DNA from: Octopus sinensis
Lineage: Eukaryota
DNA: 9,975 nucleotides
Direction of reading: 5' to 3'
NCBI RefSeq assembly: GCF_006345805.1
Contig: NW_021827671.1
Coordinates: forward strand, 1-9,975
Shown piece after piece: positions 1 to 7,580 of the stretch; positions within the stretch are counted from its first letter, which is position 1; each line of letters begins with the position of its first letter. The translations under genes and the position numbers were made by a program. The notes beneath the pieces were generated by a model. That model searched no databases, was not told where the DNA came from, and saw nothing but the letters and a program-made list of their open reading frames with translations.

Positions 1-81
1 CGATTTGTTCGGCAAAATCCTTCAAGGCGGTGCCCCAACATGGGCGCAGTCCAAAAAATGGATGAAGTAAAACATAAAAGA
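1..81 (+). mobile_element. 3' end of SINE family B (cut by window edge)
   Basis: 'ttcaaggcggtgccccaacatgggcgcagtcc...aagtaaaacataaaaga' is the reverse complement of a diverged version of 4377-4450 ('tcttttactcgtttc...tttgactgcggccaagctggagcaccgtctagaag'). It also matches my recollection of the 3' end of an abundant octopus SINE. Confidence 0.75.
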
Positions 82-321
82 TTCTACGAAAATTAACGTC
101 ATAACTACTTGGATTCGACTTCCGTCTCTATCTCTTTCCTTCTCCCATTATAATATATTCTAAACTAAGCTATACAGATTTCGTCTTCAAGTTTGGCTTT
201 TCAATTGGATATAATTTAAAAAAACTGACCACTAATATAAATTTAAATTGTGCAATAGATGCAGCAGCTCTATAATGTAAACATTACCAAAATCACACAG
301 TTTACGTACGTGTATTTTTTA

Positions 322-464
322 AAGGCCAGAAGCTGAGGTTTTTCGCCTGGGAACGGATGAACGGTAGAGTCATCCTGAGCGGAATTTGAACTCAGAATGT
401 AAAGCCGGGAGATATGCTACTAAGAAATTTTGTCCGGCATGCCACCGATTCTGTAAGCTCGCCG
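322..464 (-). mobile_element. Diverged SINE family A copy
   Basis: Aligns with 2720-2835: 'ggatgaacggtagagtcatcctgagcggaatttgaactcagaatgtaaag...gattctgtaagctcgccg'. B box (GAGTTCAAATTCC on minus) is intact at 381-393. Tail remnant 'aaggccag' at 322-329. Confidence 0.85.
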
Positions 465-1020
465 AAAGTAGATTACAAAAAATATAGTCTAAGGCTTTAA
501 TACTATGAAAAGGTCATCAACAAACGAAAGGATAATTTTATAATCGCTCTGTCCAATTAAAAAGATTATTTTAAAATTCATCAAGAGCAACAATGGATGT
601 AGATATCAGAATCAGTAGAGTGCTCCCGGACGAAAATTCTTTGCAGTATTTACTTGCATCTCATTAGGTTCTGCGTCCAATTTCGACTGGAGTCGAATTG
701 CTTTCCATCATTTAAGCATATGCAAAATGAATAACAATAAAATGTTAATTAAATCGATTACGTTAATCGTACAGAGCTTTTATAGCAAGGATGGCACGTA
801 TGAATGACGAAACCACCTTGACTATGATTCTATGAACCGTAAAAATTAATACAGAGAGTTGCTTATTTGGAAAAAAAAAAAAAGAAATATAACATGTGAC
901 TTCATTGACCGAGGTTACCGTGGTCTTTTCCGTAGGCTTTTCCTTCCACGGGTAAACCTCACCTATCCTCCCCTTTACACTTCATATTGACATTTCTGTG
1001 ATTACGATCCCTATTGATCA

Positions 1021-1152
1021 ACTTTTTTTTTCCTCTCCCCTTTTCTTTTTTTTCTCTCCCCCCCCCTTTTAAAAAAAATCCTCCCCTTTTTTGTCCTCTT
1101 TCTTTCCTTTTACGATCCCTTTTGATTGAAAACCAACCCCCTTTTTTTTACT
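1021..1152. repeat. Pyrimidine-rich low-complexity tract with homopolymer runs
   Basis: Almost only C/T runs apart from short A runs. A 17-bp near-direct repeat lies at 1002-1018 and 1110-1126. Confidence 0.7.
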
Positions 1153-2050
1153 CCCAAAAGAAAAGCTCTACCTTGTAATTTGTTCTGTTTGTGTGCAGCC
1201 CTATGTGGCTAATAAAGAAACATATCTAAGTCAGAAATCCATATTTATAACAATAGTACGTTTTGTGTTAAAAAAAACAAAAAAAGAGAAGCAGAAAGCA
1301 AAACACAATATCCTTCAGAGCGAGGCGAAGTGAAATCGCCCCAAGAAGCGATCATGAAAGCGGAAGATACATACATATTTCACCGTATTTGCAGCTTATC
1401 AATGCCAGGCACTCGAGTCACTTTCAAAACGAAATCCAAACCTACGGCCTGAAGTATATACGGATCGCATATAAGCTATTTACTGATTTGCAAAAGCAAA
1501 TATATTTGAATCTAAAAATTCATCGATCATCTAATCTTAACAAACAATTACTATCCCTCACCATTTTGGGGGTATAATGTAAAAGGGCCGAGCTCTGACT
1601 TCCGTCTCGAGCAAGATTATATATTAAAAATTTAAAAAAAGAAATAAGCCTTAGTTAGGAAGTGACTGACTCATTCTATACAAAACGTATTAAAGACTAT
1701 TTTTAAAACCGAATAATTTATTAGGTCTTCAGATATTTAATTGAAACGGCCCACTCACCCTTCTAAATTACAGAGGACAGAATACAGCTGCTTTTGTTTC
1801 ACTATTACTGACTTTATCTGTAAATGCAATGCGATAAAAAACCTATTTTGGACAGACATTCTTGGGAATCTTAGACCTAGTTAATGACCTCTGTTCTCCA
1901 ATACGCGTAACAAAACACCTAAAACCAGGTTTCCGATTAACGAAAGGGGCAGCAGCTCTCTTTGACATTTCGCTTTTCCTCTCACCCTTTTATTCTATAT
2001 TCTTTAATTTATGGTGCAGTTTAATCCATTTTGATGACTAAAATCTAAGT

Positions 2051-2063
2051 ATAATAATAATAA

Positions 2064-2097
<34 letters not shown>

Positions 2098-2296
2098 TAA
2101 TAATAATAAGAGGAAGAAGAAGAAGAAAAAGAACAACAACAGCAACAAGAACAGCAAAATAATTAGTAGTAGTACTAGTGATGGTGGTGGTGGTGGTAGT
2201 GGTGGTGGTGGTGGTGGTGTGGTGGTAGTAGTAGTAGTAGTAGTAAAAGCATTAACAACAAAAAACTACAGCAATGGCAACAGCACCAGCAATAAT
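2051..2296. repeat. Compound trinucleotide microsatellite (AAT)n-(AAG)n-(AAC)n-(AGT)n-(GGT)n-(AGT)n-(CAG/CAA)
   Basis: Read directly from the sequence. Confidence 0.95.
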
Positions 2297-2326
2297 ATTG
2301 TTTTGTTTATTTGGCACAAGGGCAAC
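2291..2326 (-). mobile_element. Possible short 3'-tail remnant of SINE family A
   Basis: 'aataatattgttttgtttatttggcacaagggcaac' resembles the recalled family tail 'aataat..tttcaaattttggcacaaggccagc' (compare 8258-8288 and 322-329). Short match only. Confidence 0.3.
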
Positions 2327-2437
2327 ATATACGCAAAACATTGATATACTTATGAACGACAAGTGTGTAAAACAAGTCCTGTGTAACAGGACCGATAAAT
2401 ATTGCCAGGTAGTTCACACACATATACGACTCATTGA

Positions 2438-2603
2438 CTTCCTTCCTTCCTTCCTTCCTTCCTTCCTTCCTTCCTTCCTTCCTCCCTTCCTTCCTCCCTT
2501 CCTTCCTTCCTTCCTTCCTTCCTTCCTTCCTTCCATCCATCCGTCCGTCCGTCCGTCCGTCCGTCCGTCCGTCCGTCCGTCCATCCGTCCGTCCGTCCGT
2601 CCG
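2438..2603. repeat. Compound tetranucleotide microsatellite (CCTT)n-(CCAT)-(CCGT)n
   Basis: Read directly. It is the source of the spurious PSFL, GRKE and DGRT ORFs. Confidence 0.97.
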
Positions 2604-2630
2604 TGTATGTATGAATATACATATATATAT

Positions 2631-2838
2631 TCTTTTCTACAGGGCCTGAAATTTTGGTGGGAGGGGGTCCAGTTGATTAGATCGAGCCCAGTGCGCAACT
2701 GGTACTTAATTTATTGACCCCGAAAGGATGAAAGGCAAAGTCGACCTCGGCGGAATTTGAACTCAGAACGTAACGGCAGACGAAATACGGCTACGCATTT
2801 CGCCCGGCTTGGTAACGTTTCTGCCAGCTCGCCGCCTT
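2631..2838 (-). mobile_element. Near full-length tRNA-derived SINE, family A
   Basis: Minus strand begins AAGGCGGCGAGCTGGCAGAAACGTTA (A-box-like, 2813-2829). B box GAGTTCAAATTCC at 2752-2764, then body 'actttgcctttcatcctttcggggtcaataaattaagtaccagtt' and tail '...gtagaaaaga'. Homologous copies at 322-464, 6074-6147, 8258-8458 and 8640-8720. Confidence 0.93.
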
Positions 2839-2840
2839 AT

Positions 2841-2841
2841 T

Positions 2842-2892
<51 letters not shown>

Positions 2893-2910
2893 GGGGGGTG
2901 CGTGTGTGTA
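2841..2910. repeat. (TG)n-(TA)n-poly(G) compound microsatellite
   Basis: Read directly. Confidence 0.95.
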
Positions 2911-2956
2911 TCGCCCCACCATTAACTCTTTCTTTTGTCGTTTTCTTTCGTTGCTT

Positions 2957-3020
2957 GTGGTTGTTAACGGTGCTGCTGATGTTGGTTGTGGTGGTGATGG
3001 TGGTGGTTGAGGTTGTAGTG
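2957..3020. repeat. Degenerate (GTT/GGT/GCT) triplet repeat
   Basis: Read directly. Confidence 0.8.
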
Positions 3021-3439
3021 TTTTTATCATTCTTCTATTTCATCTTTCTCTTTATTTATTTTATATTTCTAGCTTTCACTACCCGAAATAAGAGTGTCGA
3101 AGATTGGGACGGGTGGCGGGTAGAGCAGTGAAAAGAAGACATTGACGATCCGTCATATGTTATTAATGTATCTTCCATGATATTATGTGATGTGGTTTTT
3201 AGGTCGTCACGCCTCCTAAATTTCAGTAATACGTTGCCACTATTTACAGGGTACATACACAGGACCCTTCTCCCAATGTAATTCTTCTGGTATTCTCAAA
3301 CAATAAAGACTATTTTAAATTTCAATTGCCAACTGTTTTATACTTTGACCACAAACGCATATGACAAGTCACGTTATATCTTATAATTTACTATTTCTAT
3401 AGAAATAGACATTTGTGAAACTTTATGCTTGTAGTTGTT

Positions 3440-3691
3440 TTCACTTGCGACATTTCCTTTTCAGATAACCTCCAGACCTCCACCCAATGTCAGATCGTGT
3501 CTTCCTTTTTGCTTTTCCTACTTTCCCCTCAACCATTTCTGCTCCCGTGAACTTAATCAGTTCATGGTAAGCGCTATTCAAAACATTACTTTCTTCCGCA
3601 TCAAACCATTTACCAAATCGCCTGATGTATCACTTTCCTCAGCAATCATTGTACTAAACAGTGCTATATATCATCCCCCACCACCACCACC

Positions 3692-3732
<41 letters not shown>

Positions 3733-3733
3733 T

Positions 3734-3789
<56 letters not shown>

Positions 3790-4100
3790 TTCCCCTAAAA
3801 GCTAACATTCCTCACTGAACCTTAGATTCACGCTGAAAATTCTAACACAAAGATTTACTTTGTGTATTATTAAAGATTGCAACCCAGCCATATTTGAATA
3901 TTCACAGAAGTAAGTAATCTTGGCACCAGAGAACAAATACTTCTAATTCTCTCCAAACCCCCTTTTTATTTAACCCTTTCATTGCAATGGTAGATGAAAT
4001 CCGTTGCTCAATTTAGCATCACCACATGGACCTTTGTAGACTTCAGTAGAGCCTACACTTTTGCAAGTATTCAAATCAAGTCCCAAATTTGAAGATAAAA
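3440..4100 (-). mobile_element. Possible highly decayed RTE-like LINE ORF2 C-terminal remnant, interrupted by (CT)n
   Basis: One minus frame from 4075 reads FEYL..(3 stops)..IEQRISSTIAMKGLNKKGVWR...IFKYGW. Further down, RRFGKWF...EMVEGKVGKAKRKTRSDIGW. The order parallels the RTE motifs FKYLG / I..RI / VW / LLYG / RWFGH / EGKRxRGRP..W. Each match is weak. Confidence 0.3.
3677..3787. repeat. (CCA)n followed by (CT)n microsatellite
   Basis: Read directly. Confidence 0.97.
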
Positions 4101-4376
4101 CATGAATCATGGCTTTTTCCGTCTTATCCATCCCTAGTCAAGGAAGGGGCTCTTGCAAAGATCATTGGGAATTGGCCTTCCTTCTCAAATTTAGTCAATG
4201 GATTCAATTTGTTTCACTATCAAGGACCTTAATTTATTTACATGAATTTTCTCACTAATCTCAAACTATGGAAGACTCTATCTATTCAATAAACCGACTT
4301 TTATTAATTAACAACAAATTAGTTTTTCAATTTCATCTCTCAAGCGCAAGGGCTTACGTAACTGAAATATTTGTCG

Positions 4377-4612
4377 TTTATCTTTTACTCGTTTCTCTTA
4401 TTTGACTGCGGCCAAGCTGGAGCACCGTCTAGAAGAGTTTTCGTCAAATGAATCTATCCCAGTACTTATATTTTATAAACCTGGTACTTATTTTATCGAA
4501 CCACTTTTGTCGAACCGCTATGTAACGGAGACGTAAATACATCAACACCGGTTGTCAAGGGGTGGGGACAAGCACATACAGAAAGAGACCACATCCCCTA
4601 ACACACACACTG

Positions 4613-4669
<57 letters not shown>

Positions 4670-4702
4670 CAAGCTTCATTCAGTTTCCGTCTACCAAATC
4701 CA
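4377..4702 (-). mobile_element. 5'-truncated SINE family B copy with internal (AC)n/(TA)n expansion
   Basis: Homologous to 1-81 at its 3' end. Recognisable body 'gaaccgctatgtaacggagacgtaaatacatcaacaccggttgtcaag...gcttcattcagtttccgtctaccaaatcca' (recalled octopus SINE body). No tRNA head is seen beyond 4702. Confidence 0.8.
4601..4668. repeat. (AC)n-(TA)n microsatellite within the SINE B copy
   Basis: Read directly. Confidence 0.97.
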
Positions 4703-4928
4703 TGGAAATAAGTATATGTATTGATGGGAAACCTCTATAAATGGCTGGTGATTGCTCAACATTTTAAAGTGTTGTAATACTTATAATGTTTAATAAAATG
4801 TTGTAGTGTGAAACGATCGTACCAAATTACCGAAGATTTCTTGTTGCTTATTTTAATTATAATCACCTCATGGATTTATACATCGTACAAAATTCTGGTG
4901 CATCTGACTTAAGTACCATATTCATTTG

Positions 4929-5002
4929 AATATATATATATATATATAGATATATATACACACATATATATATATAGATATATATATATATATATATATT
5001 AT

Positions 5003-5033
<31 letters not shown>

Positions 5034-5042
5034 GAGAGAGAG
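4929..5042. repeat. (TA)n-(GA)n compound microsatellite
   Basis: Read directly. It forms the 3' tail of the minus-strand element at 5041-5165. Confidence 0.95.
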
Positions 5043-5165
5043 TTTACGAAAAACAAAAGACGAAGACAGGTGGTTACAAAACAAACATATATTAGTATAA
5101 CGCTCAGGAATAGAAAAAAGTCGTTTACGTTTCGAGCCTACGCTCTTCTACAGAAAGGGACACAG
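5041..5165 (-). mobile_element. Short interspersed element headed by a hammerhead-like motif, ending in a (CT)n/(AT)n tail
   Basis: Minus strand: ccctttCTGTAGAAgagcGTAGgctcGAAACGTAaacgactttt...ccacctgtcttcgtcttttgtttttcgtaaactctctc. I recall this as a common octopus repeat (unverified). Confidence 0.55.
5120..5160 (-). ncRNA. Minimal type-I hammerhead-ribozyme-like motif (variant core CUGUAGA)
   Basis: Core 5153->5147 CUGUAGA (consensus CUGANGA) plus an extra A. Perfect 4-bp stem II GAGC/GCUC with a GUAG loop (5145->5134), then GAAAC-GUA with palindromic ACGU stem III (5133->5126). Stem I is imperfect (UUU/AAC). Confidence 0.55.
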
Positions 5166-5231
5166 AAAAAAGTAAGGAGAGAAACAAGGAGAGAAAAAAA
5201 TGTGTGTAGTGGCTAACGATCTATCATGGCG

Positions 5232-5296
5232 GTATGTATGTATGTATGTATGTATGTATGTATGTATGTATGTATGTATGTATGTATGTATGTATG
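5232..5296. repeat. (TATG)n microsatellite
   Basis: Read directly. Confidence 0.98.
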
Positions 5297-6073
5297 TGTG
5301 TATAATTATGCAGTTTAAAATTTTACACTTTTGTTTTTTTGTACAGCATAGCTGCAGAAAACAACCATCACTTCCGCACATTGATATTGTTTCACTGGCA
5401 TGATTCCAAAATTATTCTGAGCACACATTTGATTAATTTATTTTCCGTTTCAGAAGTCAGAAAATTACTTAAATTTTTTTTTTCTTTCGTTAATATTTCA
5501 AGATTACTTCTTCAAGCTGCGTTCTCGTGTTTACTTTCAAAGCGCGTTTTCACTCACACGCGCAACATACAACAAGCACACGTGCACGTGCGCGCGCTCT
5601 AGATCTAATATTTCTGTATTATAATAATAGAAATATTAAAATTATTAAGTCTCTCTAAAAGAGATTACGGCAGCGTTACTGGAAATTAATTGTTATCGCC
5701 ATATTAATATGGCAGTCTTATAGATATAAGACTAAAAGCTGTCACTGATTAGCTCCATGAGGCCATCGCCTTAAGATAGCTATTTGACACGCAAACTGTG
5801 TCCATTATAACCTTCGAACAAGGGAGGTCAGCCGCTTCACACTGCCAGTCAGACAGCTACAGACGCGTTTCAGGGTATTTGCCCTTTGTCAATGTTATAA
5901 TAGTTCCCCTTGCGCATTTTGAAAAGCTCGTCTTCGTGCTTTTTAACCAAATAGAAATCACTATTAAAAAAAAAAAATTAATCAACAGATTTCGTTATAA
6001 TATCAGTTTCAGATATTATTTTAGCAAATGATAAAGCTTACAAAATTTTTTTTAAAAAAGAATTCGCGTTATC

Positions 6074-6147
6074 AAGGCGACGAGCTGGCAGAGACGTTTA
6101 CGCGCCGAGCGAAATGCTCAGCGGTAATCCGCTTGTGTTCACATTTT
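6074..6147 (+). mobile_element. SINE family A 5' head fragment (A box present, ends before B box)
   Basis: 'aaggcgacgagctggcagagacgtttacgcgccgagcgaaatgctcagcggtaatccg' matches the reverse complement of 2770-2838. Confidence 0.85.
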
Positions 6148-6169
6148 TCAGGCGCTGGTGTGAAAAAAC

Positions 6170-6315
6170 TAGGCATGAGCAAACCTTTTCAAGAAGTGGC
6201 CCTCATGGTATATGGTTCATCATCAGGACGACCGCACTACTAAAAACGTTCAAGTTAATTTTTCGTTAGGCGTACCACACAAAATGTTCAGCGGGTAGCA
6301 GGTTGCCCATGACTG
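6170..6315. mobile_element. hAT-like MITE (146 bp)
   Basis: Imperfect TIRs: TAGGCATGAGCAAACC versus reverse complement of the right end CAGTCATGGGCAACCT (11/16). The right end 'gcgggtagcaggttgcccatgactg' resembles typical hAT MITE ends. The 8-bp flanks GAAAAAAC (6162-6169) and GAATAAAT (6316-6323) match 6/8. Confidence 0.65.
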
Positions 6316-6454
6316 GAATAAATATACAGTTGAGTTTATTATCGATGCTCTTAAGTCATATTCGCTTGCGCTGTTACAATTTTCCTTTTGCTAAATTTGT
6401 GTTAAGTGTGTATTTTGTATATATGGAGTTTTGCATGTGCTAACTAATTCTAAC

Positions 6455-7134
6455 AACAAGATTTTTATAAGATTTATTGGTCTTCATTTGGAATTATTGG
6501 CAAAATTATCCTTAAGTGTTAAATAGGTTTTGGATTGATTAGGCAGTGAATGCAATAATTCTAGTTTTCATTGGATAGTAGTTTTTTAATCTCATCATTT
6601 ACTATATTATATGTTTTAGAATGCAAATAATTTTATATCAGTCATACAACAAACTCATTCAATGTCAGATTTATAAAACACATGTATTCGTTCAGGCCGA
6701 AGAATAAGCGAAATTTCACCGCAGTGTCAAAATTTATTTGGTAGTTGATTTGTCAAGGAATCTAAGATCCACCGCAGAAACATGCAGATATATTAATAAG
6801 ATTCTCATGAGAATTATTGGTCTTCATTTAGAATTATTGGCAAAATTATCCTTAAGTCTTAAATAGGTTTTGGATTGATTAAGTAGTGAATGCAATAATT
6901 CTAATTTTCATTGGGTAGTAATTTTTTAATCGCATCATTTACTATACTATCTGTTCTAGAATGCAAATAAATTTATATCAGTCATACAACAAACTCATTC
7001 AATGTCAGATTTAGACAACACATGTATTCGTTCAAACAGAAGAATAAGCGAAATTTCACTGCAGTGTCAAAATTTATTTGGTATTTGATTTGCCAAGGAA
7101 TTTAAGATCCGCAGTAGAAACATATAGATATATT
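6455..7134 (+). repeat. Head-to-tail tandem duplication, 340-bp unit x2
   Basis: 6481-6790 versus 6821-7130 aligns without gaps, with 26 mismatches in 310 nt by hand count (about 92% identity). Confidence 0.98.
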
Positions 7135-7302
7135 AGCAAATGTATTTGTGTATCACAAAAAGATTAAAATATTGATTATGTCATCGTTCTAAACAGCAGA
7201 AACCATATATTTTTATTCACCCAGAAGGAAATTAAAGAAGCAAGCTTTTAATCATATTCCTGTCCTAGATGCAGTTTGAAATTCAAACTGGCTAAATACC
7301 TG
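6455..7302 (+). mobile_element. Decayed Penelope-like element 3' region encoding a GIY-YIG endonuclease, partly duplicated in tandem
   Basis: 6934-6942 IIY, then YTIC[fs]LECK*, then open frame 6971-7102 IYISHTTNSFNVRFRQHMYSFKQKNKRNFTAVSKFIWYLICQGI. This fits GIY-X10-YIG, the RF..H motif and the PLE-type 'SF....KRN.TA.SK.IW.L'. Further: IHPEGN* at 7215-7235 and CPRCSLKFKLAKY at 7261-7299. Copy 1 has the same at 6594-6762. Confidence 0.8.
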
Positions 7303-7424
7303 AGATCTATTCCAATAGCTGTCAGGATTCTCAGCATTTATACCGCAGCCTTCACACAACATGCCTTCATTATCCTCATACTCCCATACATTTCGATAAC
7401 CTATATCAAAAAACTCTAATCACT

Positions 7425-7580
7425 GATTTCTTTTTCCCTTCTCGTCCCCCATTTCCTTCTCTCCCTTCCCTTAGTTCATTTCTTTCATCACTTCTATTTT
7501 CCTTTACTCCTCTTCTACTTTCTTTTTCTCTTCTCCTCCTCTTTCAAGCCTCTCTATTTCTCTCAATTACTCTATTCACT
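7425..7580. repeat. Polypyrimidine low-complexity tract
   Basis: Strong C/T skew on the + strand. Confidence 0.75.

Noticed and set aside
678-700. Short hairpin CAATTTCGACT-GG-AGTCGAATTG; similar 6-8 bp hairpins at 755-769, 2376-2392, 7879-7898 and 7916-7937
   Set aside because: Isolated short stems are expected by chance in 10 kb of AT-rich DNA.
2752-2838. A and B boxes as a tRNA gene
   Set aside because: No cloverleaf, and the sequence continues into a multi-copy SINE body.
2274-3131. ORFs with PSFL, GRKE, DGRT, YIYI and poly-V runs
   Set aside because: They derive from simple repeats and SINE sequence, with no protein-family signal.
5579-5602. Palindrome followed by CTAG as a Helitron 3' end
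   Set aside because: CTAG is followed by A rather than T, and no matching 5' TC terminus could be defined. Kept only as part of the palindrome cluster.
6190-6226. CTGATGA on the minus strand with a downstream GAAA, a possible second hammerhead
   Set aside because: No stem II joins the CTGATGA and GAAA boundaries, and it lies inside the MITE.
6028-6243. 71-aa ORF
   Set aside because: It runs across a SINE head and a MITE, so it is a chance open frame.
6628-7235. Recurrent in-frame TAA where Gln or Lys would fit, hinting at an alternative genetic code
   Set aside because: These are explained by single substitutions inherited through duplication. Frameshifts and TAG stops also occur, and the context is animal-like.
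7385-7420. GATA-taggt-TATC-GAAA (minus) near the PLE end, where a hammerhead might be expected
   Set aside because: No CUGANGA-like segment upstream (reads GTTTTTT) and no stem III.
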